Below are positions 1 to 12,800 of a DNA stretch of 64,000 nt, in pieces. The notes below the pieces were generated by a model. That model was not told the DNA's origin. It did not search any database and saw only the letters and a list, made by a program, of their open reading frames with translations. Source of the DNA: Lama guanicoe (Eukaryota). The position numbers were made by a program, and so were the translations under genes. Position 1 is the first letter of the stretch; the number at the start of each line of letters is the position of its first letter. The stretch covers positions 62,001 through 126,000 of the forward strand of contig MU054323.1 of the NCBI GenBank assembly GCA_013239625.1, read 5' to 3'.

Positions 1-760
1 TATTTATTCACAAACGTTTAAGAAACATATGCTACATACAGAGTAATTAGGTAGAAGTTGTGGGAACACGAAGGTGAGTAAGGTGCGGTCTCCGCCCTGC
101 AGAAGCTAAACCCAGTAGTGCAGTAGACATGTACACAGATAAATGTCATATGGGCAGAAGGTGGCACCTGCCTGAGAAATGCCGAGTATGACAAGATTCC
201 AATGAGGGGTCCACTTACCTTTCTGCTTGAGGAATCGTGAGGGGCTCTGCTTGGAGGAAGTAGATTTTGGACAAGGGAAGATAAAGGAAAAATGCTCTGT
301 AAGTAGACAGCACGTCAATAAAAACAGTGAGTAGGAGAGTGCAGGATATGGTCCCAGAGCAGTTCAGTTAGACGGCAGCATAAAACGTGTGTCTGGAGTG
401 GGGGTGTAACTTGGAATAAGATGGGAGGTATACAGTAGGTAAGATTATTTGAGCCCTTTCTCAAGTGTCAACGGTAAAGAATTTGGGTATTTGTTGGGAG
501 CAGGGAATCATCAGAAATGTTTAAGGATGTGATACATGGTTAGAATTGTGTTTAATGAAGGCTGATTTGGTAACAGCGTGTAGTGTGGCTCTGAGAGATG
601 AGTCACTGTTAGGGTACTTTTGTCATAATCTAGGTTAGAATGGTGAGGGGTTAGCTTGGAATTGTAGCAATGGGCAAAGAAAAGGGAGAACAGATTCTTG
701 AGGGAGTGAAAGAGAAGTGGCAGGATTGGCAGTAGTTGACTGGGGACATCTGAATAATTG
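1..760. mobile_element. Degenerate L2-like LINE remnants
   Basis: L2 3'-type phrases (tatttattcaca..., aagaatttgggtattt...gggaatcatcagaaatgtttaagg, aatctaggttagaatggtg). Confidence 0.45.
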
Positions 761-860
761 GAGGCATTGTGAAAATAAAGCGAGCTAGTGAACTGTTAAA
801 GATTTCTACATGGTATGTTAATTTGACTTTAACTGACAAAAACTTTGTTTTTTCATTTAG

Positions 861-890
861 GCTGCAGAAACAGGAAGCGGAAAAACTGGT
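861..890 (+). CDS. DDX1: DDX1 exon 4 ([10 protein letters not shown], Walker A)
   Basis: tttcatttag|GCT...GGT|gtaagt; 30 nt. Confidence 0.97.
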
Positions 891-3800
891 GTAAGTAATA
901 AACTTAAATTGACTTACTTTGCAAGAGTTGATGTTTACTTGTTTGAACAGTGATACTTCAAAATAGTTAATAAAATAACTTCCTTCCAAAATGTAAGAAA
1001 TTGATTGCTTGCCACGGTGAGTGATTTTTTTTGCCAGCTAATTCTGAAATGAGATCTACCAGGGGATGGCTTTAAAAATATGGTTTTAAATTGGTCTTAG
1101 AGAAGGTTACTCTTGGAGGAAGGGTCTTTTAGTATTTATACTCACTTCTGAATTTTGACGTGGTGGCTCGAGTAATAAAGCAGTTGCCAACAGAGGTTGA
1201 TCGCCCGATCTCCTGACGTAGAGAAACAGTTTGTCAGACTGAATGTTTATCCCTTTCAGCTTGGGTTCATTCTGTCGGTCCCTATTGTTACTGTTTTGCG
1301 CTGTCAGCTGGCTCTTACTCCCTTATTCAGTCAACTCGTGTTATCTTACTGGTATTTTGGGTTTGGGCAAGTTGGAGCAGCAGTCAGAAATATGTATGAT
1401 TATGGTGCATGCATAATTTCTGTAATTTATATTGATTATTAAGCTGTCGTTAATATCTGAATACTAACGTGGAGACCTATTGATTCTTTGCTAGGCTTTC
1501 AGTATTCCAGTTATCCAGATAGTTTACGAAACTCTGAAGGACCAGCAGGAAGGCAAAAAAGGAAAAACAACAATTAAAACTGGTGCTTCGGGTAATTTTT
1601 GCATATTAATAATTTCCTTTTGTATAAATTAGTAACTCTCATTCTTGGCATTTCCAGTTGTGAGATTTGAGTGCGTGTTTTTATTGTCAGTATCTGGAGG
1701 GTGGTATTGGCATTTGGTGCCCTGGAAACCAGGGATGCTAAACGTCATTTAGAGCATAAACACCGAGAGATTGTTCCTCCTAAAATACTGATGGTGCCAT
1801 CTTTGGGGAGACACTGGCACTCTGGAAACTGTATTTAGTTACTTTAATATTTTTCTTAAGCTGATAACTTTTTATGCAGAATATTAAAGGTAGATTCATA
1901 CATTGTTTTACAAGGTATTAAGGAAGGATTTTACAAATAATTGATGGAATAAAAACTCATGATGGTGAAAAATACTGCCTTCCACAGGGAAAAGAGGCAT
2001 GCTTTTTCCTTTAAGATAAGAAAGAAGAAACCAGGAAGTTAAAAAAGTGTATATTTTAAAGTCAGTTTCTTATTTTAGTCCTGTCTATATGGAGTTTGAG
2101 GTCCTGTCTGACATGAACAATCTTACATCAATTTTCTCATCTTTAAATTATGTTGCTTTTTAAAAATGGTTTCTGAATTCCATTCTATCTTGAGTAATCT
2201 ATGGTTTTGTTATTTTTAACAAAATTTATTCCATATTTTAAGTCACTAAACAGGATTGTGACAAAATTACAAGCTTAAGTGGAGTGAACTTGGCATTCTT
2301 CTCAGTAGTATGAAAGTAACAATATTACACAGTTTATAGAATGAACTCATTTGTAATGGATTGTGAGATAGTGGATATAAACTAGACTGTTAGCCTATTT
2401 TGAAATAGTTTCAGAACTTGTAACAACTATAAGCCATCATTTATGAGAGATGGTGATGGAAGAGGATGCTTCCACAGAAGGATAACCAGAATGGTTGTGG
2501 TTCCAAACGTCATGTCCTGTGAGGAGTAAAGAAGCTAGGTCTTTAAACATGCAGAAACAAGTATAAAAGGAGATGGCATAATTGTTAAATCATTGAAGGG
2601 ATCTGGAGAGAGAATCATTGTTCTAGGAAGTAGACCAGGACTAATTAAAAATAGTCTAGTTGAAGATTTCTGTTGAACTTAATTCCTAGTAGCTAGATGG
2701 AGCCCACAACGGAAGAGAGAACCTCAAGAGAAAGTTGCTTCTCCGTCATTCAAAGTGTTCAAGCAGATGCTAGGTGCCGTTTGACCAGAAAAAGTCTAGA
2801 AAAGATTTCTAGCTTGGGTGAAACTTGGGCTTGAAAACATGCAGAGTTCACTTTAGCAGTCGTGATTCTTTGATTACCCAGACTACTGAAATGATTTAGA
2901 AAAGGAAAACACTGATTCCATAAAAGAAGGGAAAAACGTTGTAATTTTTTAGTGTAATGTTGAATTATTTAAGATAAAGGACTTTTAATAATGATAAAAT
3001 GATAATTAGATCCTGAAACATTGGTTGGTTATTTCCATTATGATTGAAGTCAGCTTGTTTAGTTACCAAAACTTCATTTTATCAGTGGCCTCAGAGTTAC
3101 GACAGAGATCAGCGCCATCTAATAAAGTCAGTGAAACAAGTGAGGAGAAGAGGTTTTAACCCTAGATGGGCCAGTGATTATTATTTTTGACATCTTTCAG
3201 TTTTCAATTTCAGTTTTGCCTTTCATAAAAACAGCTGCAATGTTAAATGATGTGTAAAAACATTGAATCAAGAGGAATTAAGATATTATATAAAGTATTT
3301 GTTTTAATTTTTATGGAGTGTTCTTTAAATTACATTTGTGGGTAACTTTTCTTATTTTAATTTGCTTAGTGCTCAACAAATGGCAAATGAACCCATATGA
3401 TAGAGGATCTGCTTTCGGTAAGTGGATAGATTTTAGCAGCTCATCTGTAATCCAAAAGCTTGTTTTTAGTAATACCCGAAAATATCAAGAAAATTATGAA
3501 AAAGAATAATAAATGAAGATTTAACTTACCATAGATTAGAATATGGTTTCTACAGTTAAATAGTTTAGTATTGACGTAGAACAGACAAATAAGTCAGTGG
3601 AATGGAATGGAAATAAATCCCAGGGTATATGAGAAACTAATATGTAGATAAAAGTACTTTATTTCAGTGGGAAAAGGGTGATTTATTCAGTAAGGGTATT
3701 GGCACAGTTGATCCATCTGGAGCAATGTAAAATTGACTTATAATTAGAAACAAATTCTGTATGTATTGAAGACTTATATATATCTGTGTACATATGTATA

Positions 3801-6800
3801 TGTGTGTGTGTGTGTATATATATATGTATATATGAACTTTAAATACACAAAACTACATGTCCACTTTGGGGGAATTTTCCTAAACCAAATAGAAAATTCA
3901 GGAAGTGTAGAAGAATAGGTAAATTTGTATAAAATTTAAAAATATATGTATGGAAAAGATATCACAGAAGAAAGTCAGTAGACAAAAAAAATAGGAAGAG
4001 TATTTGCAATGTTGATGAAAAATAAAGAATCCTTGTAAACTGGAAAGGGGCTCTTGTGTTGATAGCAGGTAAAGTGTTACCTGTTTTAGTAAGTAAGGGC
4101 TAAACCACCAATAAGGAAAATGGGCAAAGGATACAAACAGGCAATTCACAGAAGAGCAAACCCAAGTGGCAGTGAACATGCAAAGGTCAAGTTTACAGGT
4201 AGTCAGGAAATGGAACGTTGTTTATAGTCATCTGATTGGCAAGAATCCAAAAGAGTGATAACCGACTTACGAATTAATGCTTCTCCGGAAAGCAGTTTGG
4301 CGTTACCTATTAAAATTTAAAATACGTGTATTCCTGGAAGGTCAAGCTCATTGGAATGGAAGTGCCACTGTGCAAAGATATATATACAAAGCTATTCGAT
4401 GCAGCATGATTTGTAATATTAAAAATTGCCAACAAGTAAAGGCTACTGCTAGAAGGTAAACAAAGATTAGAGTGCATCCAAGGACTATTGTATAACCATT
4501 GTGAAGAATAAGTCAGAGCTATAGTGTTGACTTGGAGGAATTGACACCAGGTGTCAATGAGAGGAAAAGCAGGATGCAGAGAAAGGTAGAGTACGCGTGA
4601 CGAATCAAGCACAAAACAAAACCCCCCCCCCCCCCCCCCCATCTCCACCATGTGGCACCTAATTTATATAAAAGTTTACATATGCATATATACGTAAAGA
4701 ATTTTAAATACAAGAGTGTTAAGGATTTGCCATTGTCAGAACTTTTTAAAAAATTCAGTTTCATATAATGTACCCATATGAGTAAGGATTTATACTTTGA
4801 ATAATTTCTGGTAAGTGAAGGAAAATGTGTGATGAGGTGCTTTTTTAAAAAAGTTTCTTCTGCGTTCAGGTGCTGAAAATGATTGGAAGCCCCAACCAGG
4901 AAGGAAGTTACAGTTTCCAGTGTAGACAAAAGCCAAATGCTTTACTTAAAGCCAAAAAGAACCAAGAAGCTCTGTGACTGACCGATGTATAATATAGAAT
5001 GTCATCTTTTAAAGTCCTAATGTTAGCAGATAACAGCTGCAAGTTTATTCAGACTTTCCCTGCTTTCTCTTTGTGGTTTTTGGATCCACGGGTTGGAGAA
5101 CAAGCCAGAGGCGGTTTCTGTTTTCCTGTTAGTTTAGGATTCACTCAAGCTCTAATTTAAGCGTAAAATCAGAGCAGCAAGTATAGATGAGTGGGGGCTG
5201 CATCTTTCTTTCTTTCTTGTACCCGTTTTCTTTGTACCCATTTCTTTATAAAAGGACTCTAGAGAATGGTGGTCTCAACCTGTGTTGCTGATACAGCTAA
5301 TGTTAGTGCAGATCAGATAAGGTGCCGTGCGGATTCCTTTTTTGACTCGTCGTGATGAAATCCTGTCCTCGTTAACAGATAACAGTATAGAAACTAGTCC
5401 CCGACATAAGCCACGGCCCTGCAGGGGCTGAGCAGGAGCAGGTACTCACGGGGACGGGACGGCTGGCCTTTGGGAATCAGCACGTCTCGGTCGCTGGAAC
5501 ACTGCAGCAGGTGAAGGAATGATCTCATTAGTGAGGCTGAACGATACTTCTTTCAGAATGCGCGATTTACATAATCTGTACTCATACGGTTTTCTGTGTT
5601 TTTCCTCAAATCCAGCAATTGGGTCGGATGGTCTTTGTTGTCAAAGCAGAGAAGTAAAGGAATGGCACGGATGTAGAGCTACTAAAGGATTAACGAAAGG
5701 TATTTAAACAGCATTGATACTTGTGTACATTTCCAAGGTTGTCTGTTAATACAGGAGCTGTAAATAGCTTTAAATCAAGGAGCTGATAAGATTTTTAATG
5801 TTACAAAAAGATCTACAGTTCTTCATTTGAAGCATACAAATTGTAATTCAGAAACAGTGGAAAACTGGCTCTGTAGTAAATGAATCATACGTGTATAATA
5901 TAGAAAAATATTTTGCCCTCGTAGGGAAACACTACTATGAAGTGTCCTGTCATGACCAGGGATTATGCAGAGTGGGGTGGTCTTCTATGCAGGCTTCCTT
6001 AGACCTAGGTAAGTGTTTCTAAACTGAATTTACCAATTTATGTTTGCGGATTTTCAACATTTTACTTTAGTGAGGAGCAAAATAATAAACTTTACTGAAG
6101 TTTATATTTTAGAGCTGTGGAAATAATTTGCTTATAATTCTCCCTGTTCCAAAGAATATTTGAACTACCAAAAAGTAGTTACTACAACATTATAAAATCA
6201 GGAGGAATGAGGTTAAGAATACGAGTGAGGTCAGTAGAGTTAGTGTTCATAAATATTGCACGATGCTGCATAGATGCTTCAGGTTATCTTCAGTTTGTAA
6301 ACTTCTTTTATCGTGCTTTTAAAAAACTTTATATTTATTCTTGCCACACATGTAAAATACTTTTACAATTTAGGTACTGACAAGTTTGGATTTGGCTTTG
6401 GCGGAACAGGAAAGAAATCTCACAATAAACAATTTGATAATTACGGAGAGGTGAGTTGTGTTAATGACTTACTTGTAGCCCTAGTAAGTTTTTGCACATG
6501 TTCACTTACCACTCATGACATGACTGAGGGTGTAGAAATGATTCTTCAATTCAAGTGAATTTTCCACAGGAAGTTCAGATTTGGACTAAAGTGAAGAAAT
6601 GTTATCAAATGAGATAAGTATTTTTCTTTTACCCCATTTATGAGCCTCTGCAGAGTATATTACGTTGTCTTCAGTTTTCACCCCATTACGATTTTGACTT
6701 TAATACTCAGGCTGTTCTCATTTCTTACTTTGAATTGTGGTGAATCTAAATACACTTGTTCTGGTAACCTGAATCTGCAGCAGTGTGGGAGGGCCTGGAT

Positions 6801-9800
6801 AGCATGCTGATTCTGAAAAGTCTGTTCGGTGCTCCTGCTGTTACATGTGATGTGCTGTAACAGGCATTTTAACGTCTACGTTAGAATTTTAAGGAGTTGT
6901 TTTGAGACATTAACACGACACATACTTTGGATGCAGCTGTATTTGAACGTTTAACCTTATTTGCAATTTTGCTTTTTATTAACAGCACTTGACTTTCTGG
7001 TTTTCTAGGAATTCACTATGCATGATACCATTGGATGTTACCTAGATGTTGATAAAGGGCATATCAAATTCTCCAAAAATGGTAAGCTTTCTATGGATCA
7101 TCTTGTTACATATCCAGTATTTGTGATTTTTTAAATTCCCTCACCCTCTTTAATTTTTTTCCCCTCCCTGCCTTTCTTTTGAACAAATACTTCTTGAGCA
7201 TTTGCTGCGCGTCAGGTATGCTGGTAGGTGCTGGAGATAGAGCAGAAAGTGAAGTAGACAAATACATGCACTTCTGTGGGCTTACCTACTGGTAGGGAGA
7301 GACAAATACATGATCCGTTAGGTGGGAACAGGTGTGCTGAGGGAGTGTCTAAATCGGGGTCAGGAAGTGGAGAGTGATGGCCATCTGTGGTGGTCAGAGA
7401 AGGCTTTTTTGATACGGTGACATGTGAGTAGAAATATGAATGAGTTGGGTGGTGAACCATGTGGATATCTTGGAAGAGCCTTTCAGGCTGAGGGGCCAGT
7501 AATTGTAAAGGTCCTGAGGTGAAAGCGTGTGCTTAGGGTATTTGAACAGTGAGGCGGCCAGAGGGCCTGGAGTACACTGAGCATGGGGGGAGGTGGTGGA
7601 ATCTTAGGTCAGTGAGGTGGTGAGGCCGGGCCACGTAGGGCCTTATAGGAGGGTGGGTTGGTAGATCTGGTGGTTCGAGTGTGTGAAAGTTCTTTTCTGA
7701 TAGTTTCAATCTCTCTCTCTCTTTTTTTTTTTTTTTAAGGAAAAGACCTCGGTCTAGCATTTGAAATACCACCACATTTGAAGAACCAAGCCCTGTTTCC
7801 TGCCTGTGTTTTGAAGGTAGTTAGAAAAATTTGCTGTACTCATAAGCTACTTTGATCTGCATTAATTCGTATTGGTTAGTTTGCTATTAGGTTAAGAATT
7901 TCCATTTTCTCCTTTATTCAATGCTAGAATGCTGAACTAAAATTTAACTTCGGGGAAGAAGAATTTAAGTTTCCACCCAAAGATGGTTTCGTTGCTCTTG
8001 CCAAGGCACTGGATAGTTACGTGGTCAAATCACAGCACACAGGTATTGCACCTGAGGGGGTACGGAGTTCACGAATGGGATATTGGCTCAAACTCCAGTG
8101 ACAGGGCTTCTTGTAGTGGGTTACATATACTCCCTTTGCTGGCTTAGTCAACATCTTTATTGAACACGTCGGTAAAAGTCAGTTTCCAAGCCTAATTCAT
8201 AGACTCCAAGTATTTAGTTTCAGTTTAGGCATTTTGGGGAACCCAGTCATGATGATGATGGTGCCTCAGTATTTATAAATTGTGTGCTCAGTAAGTGTGG
8301 TGATACTGTGTCACCTGCATTATTTAATCTTCACAGCAGTCCTGTAAGGTAGTTTTGCAGACGGAGAACTTGAGGAATAGGGACGTGAAGTAACTAGCTC
8401 AAGGTCACAGACAAGTAAGTGGTAGAACTGAATTCAAACGCAAACAGCCTGACTCTAGAGTGCGTACATACTCTCACCTGTAGTACTGCCTAATCTGTTT
8501 CAGTTGTTTAAAAATAAGTTCATTTCATAGCTCATTTAATTTGTCACAAAGCATATAATCAATTTCAGTTACTGCCAGTAGGTTTAAAGAAGTCTTAGTT
8601 CATTTTAGGAGTCTTAATTTTGTTTGACTATCTCCGATACCCTTTGGTAATTGTTATTTAAAATTTTGATGTTGGAATATTTGTGCTCATGTTTTACAAA
8701 TAAAGGTATTCTGAGCTGTAATCTGAGTGTCTTCTAATCTTTATTATTCTCTTAAGGTAATGCGCAGGTGGCACAAACCAAGTTTCTCCCCAATGCTCCG
8801 AAAGCTCTCATTGTCGAACCTTCCCGAGAGTTAGCTGAACAAACTTTGAATAACGTCAAGCAGTTTAAGAAATATATCGATAACCCTAAATTAAGGTAAA
8901 GCTTCCTTTCGTGCTTAAACGCCTAATGTCTTAAGTTCTGAGGACTTTTGGAAGAAGAATAAAGTAGAAAAACTGAGGAAGAGATTCAGTGTGTGTCCAT
9001 GTGCACGTGCATGAGTGTGTAAATATATTGAACATTGATTTATAGTAACAAGTAGTTTCTGTATAAAACTCCTGTTTAAGAGAGGTAAGTTTGATTTTAA
9101 AAAAGTAAGTTGAGATTTTTCCTGTGCCTCTTACTTGAAGAGTCCTGGTTTGCGAAACAATATCAGAGTGAAAATTAATTCTTTAAAGGGGCCATTTCTT
9201 TCATCACTTGATTTGCATAGAAAGCACATTGCTCTGTTTCTAGCATGTTGGTAAATTGACTTGGCGAGATGAATCCTGGCCGCCTCGCAGTGGTGACCTT
9301 CTCCCCTTTGGGCATTCAGACTGGTCACCGTGGTTCGAGGGCTCTTTCTGTCCCTGGGGGGAGACCTTAAGTCTCGTCATCTTGTGGAACTGCTTGCTTG
9401 GTAGGAATCCCTTGTAACTTGAGGAGGGCCATGCCATATAAGTAAACTACTCTCAGCTGATTGGCCAGTTGATTTTTATTAATTTTGCTTGGTTCTTAAT
9501 AAAATATCACACACCATAAAATTCACTGTTTAAAATGTACAATACAGTGGTTTTTAGTATGGTCACAAGGTTGTGCAACCATAACCACGATCTAACTTCA
9601 GAAACTTTGAATTATTGATGTCACACGGCCCATCTTTTTCATATACATCCGTCCTATAAATTCAACTCATTCAGGGATAAGCTTATACTTAGTAAAGCTT
9701 TCCGGGTGAAGTAATTCCTAATTTTGTTTTGAGGGTTGGTGCATTTCACTCTTTCAGTAACTATTTGAGCTCCTGCCATGTGAGGAGACTTAGGCTAAGG

Positions 9801-12800
9801 ATCAGGGAACGACAGTGAGAATCAGTCTCTGCTTCACAGAACTGCATGTGGGAGTGGGGGGTGGAGGGGACGGAAACATCGAAAGTAGTGGGACAAAGTG
9901 TCCTGAGGGCACGACAGGGAGCCACCGCGAGAGGAATAACCAGAGCGTCTGCCCCGTGTGAGACTCAGTACTCTCCTAAAAGTGTTTTTAGAAGAATGTA
10001 AAATGCTAATATGAATTGATTTTCACGCTGTAATTGTGTGTAAAGGTTAATATGCATCTGAACAAAGGCTGGAAAAGAAGATGGATAATAAAGTCAATTT
10101 ATTTGTTAAGATGGTAAAACTGTGTTACGCATTTTGGTATTTAGTACAAATGAGCCTTTTCCCTTTTTGAAGACCCAGCTCAAGTCCTGGTCTTTCTGCG
10201 AAGCTGACGTGTCTGCACCGGCTCAGTCCTTTCTCTCCCCTCGGGTACCACTGTGTACGCCTCCCCTCAGTCCCTCCACTCGGCCACTTGCTGGTCTGGT
10301 GCTCCTTGTCCGAAATAGGGGCTCTTCTCGTCCCATCTCAGCCTTACCCTCCTTAGGGCACGGGCTGGTCTGTTACATCTCAGCCCTACACTTTGCGCAC
10401 AAGCACAGATTGTTATGTGCATGTACGTTTTTCTTCTGCTAAATTCATAGGGATAAAAATATATCTGATTAGGAAGGTGGATAAGAGTAAAGTTTTGTAG
10501 AAGAAATGATAGATTTAGGAGCATAGTTAGCAAACCTGGGAACTCGGGGGCCTTATTTAAAAATACGGATGTTTTGGTTCCTCCGCTGGATATACTGAAT
10601 CAGATTTTCCAGGAGATAGGAATTGGAACTCTTTTGTTTCTTTTTCAGGGAAGAATGGCAGCTCTTCCAGGTGATTCTAAGTAGCCAGTCTGGCATCTCG
10701 TGTTACCTGATTTAGGAAACGTAATGACTATTTAGAGTGCTTAGGGTCTATGCCAAGGTAATGGATGTTCACAGACTAGAAGGCTTTTTGTTTGGTTTGG
10801 TCATTTTTATTATCTAGATCGCTTAAGGTAATGGTAGGCAATCATGAAGCCATTTTTTAATCAGTTGTAGAGTTGTAAGATTCACTGCTAACATCATTTC
10901 CTGGTGTTTTCTGGTGTTTTTTTAAATGAATGGTCAAATAAGAGTAAAATTAATAAATGAAGGTAGTTGGTAGTTCTTACTTTTTTTTGCTTATTTTTGG
11001 GGGAGAGGTAATTGGGTTTATTTATTTATTTTTAGTGGAGATACTGGGTGTTGAACCCAGAACCTCGTGCATGCTAAGCACGTGCTCAGCCACTGTGCTA
11101 TACCTTCCCACCTTGGTAGTTCTGATTAAAAGTTGTCTGGCTGCCCCTGAAAGTAATTTTATTTGCTATTTATTAAAAGGAGACAGTCTTTTTGTAACTA
11201 GCTGTCATGAGACATAATTCACATATCATACAATTCACTCTTTAACGTGTACAAGTTGTTTTAGTTTTTATTATATTCACAGAATTATGCAACCACCAAA
11301 ACCAATTTTAGAACATTTTCAAAAGAAACACCATACCTCTGAGCAGTCTCTCCTGTTTCCCTCTAACCTTCCTGTCCCTAGGAGCCACTGACTGATTTTC
11401 CGTCCATAGGATTGCCTATTTTGGACATTTTATGTAAATGGAATTAGACAGTATGTGCCCTTTTGTGACTGACTTCTCTCATGTAGCATAATGTTTTAAT
11501 GTGTTTAATGTTTCATCAGCATTATATCATATACCAGTACTTAATTCCTTCTTATTGCCCAGAAGTATCCCATTATCTGCATATACCACATTTTTGTTAA
11601 TCTGTTCATTAGTTGATGGACATTTGTGTTGTTTCTAATCTTGGGGTACCATGCTATGAACATTAGTGTACAAGGTTTTCTGTGGACACAGCATTTTCAT
11701 TTCTCCTGGTTACATACCCGGGAGTGGAATTGCTGGATCAGATAGTACCTGCATGTGTAACATCTTCGGGAACCACCCAGCTGTTTTCCAGAGTGACAGC
11801 ACTATTTCATGTTCCTGCCAGTAACGTGTGAGGGTTCAGTTTCTCCACATCCTCAGCTTATTTTCTGTCTTCAGGGTCATGGCCATCCTAACGGGCGTGA
11901 AGTGGTGTCTGACTGGTTTTGGTTTGCATGTCCTTTATGGCCAATCATGCTGAACATCTTTTTGTGTGCTTATTGGCCGTTTGTAACGTCCAGATTCTTT
12001 CCCCATTTTTCAGTTGGGTTGTAAGAGTTCTTTATTCTGATACATATCAGATATATAATATTATGATTAGATACATGATTAGCAAATGTTTTCTCTCATT
12101 CTGTGGGCGTTTTCATTCTCTTGGTAGTATCCTTTGAAGTACAAAAGGTTTTAATTTTGATGAAGTCTAGTTTATCTATTTTTTTCATTTGTTGCTTTTT
12201 TTTTTTTGGTTTTGTAAGGGACTTTGCCTAACCCGAGGTCATGAAAATTTACTCTTGTGTCTTGTTCTAAAGTGTTACAGTTGTAGGTCTCATTTAGGTC
12301 TGAGGTTCATTTTGAGTAATTTTTGTGCACGGCATAAAGAAGAGGTTTGGCGTCATTGTGTTGCACGTGCATATCCATTTGTTCTAGTGCCTTTTTTAGA
12401 AAAGACTATTCTTCTCCCCTCATTGTCTTGGCACAGGGCAGTATTTTTTTAATCTAAGCCTATTTTTAGAAGTATTTGGAATGAAAAAAATTCAAACAAC
12501 ACAAAAGACTATTCTGTGAAAAGTAAGTCTCCTTTCTCCCCCATCCCCCAGTTTTTAATTATCCTACCTGGAGGCAACTTTTTAAAATTGACATTTATAT
12601 ATTCTTTTAGAGTATATATTTTATACACATACAGCCACATGTGTCTAAAAAGGTAGATTGAAACCAGATTTGGGGGCACGTGGAATTACCCTAATACAGA
12701 AGGATATATGTATAGATGAAGACTGATGTTTTCTGGGTTCCAGGCTTTCACATTCTCTTGGTTACTTTACCACGTGTTAGCATTTTATATAGTCACTGGA

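Noticed and set aside
3110..3125. CTCF-like TAGATGGCGCTG on the minus strand
   Set aside because: The 5' half is TTAT instead of CCAC; at best a decayed site.
4871..4980. Possible cryptic exon after ttcttctgcgttcag in intron 6
   Set aside because: No convincing downstream donor, adjacent to old L1 sequence, and no similarity to DDX1.
11035..11110. Apparent tRNA gene on the minus strand
   Set aside because: It is the head of a SINE with an A-rich tail and TSD, not a stand-alone tRNA.
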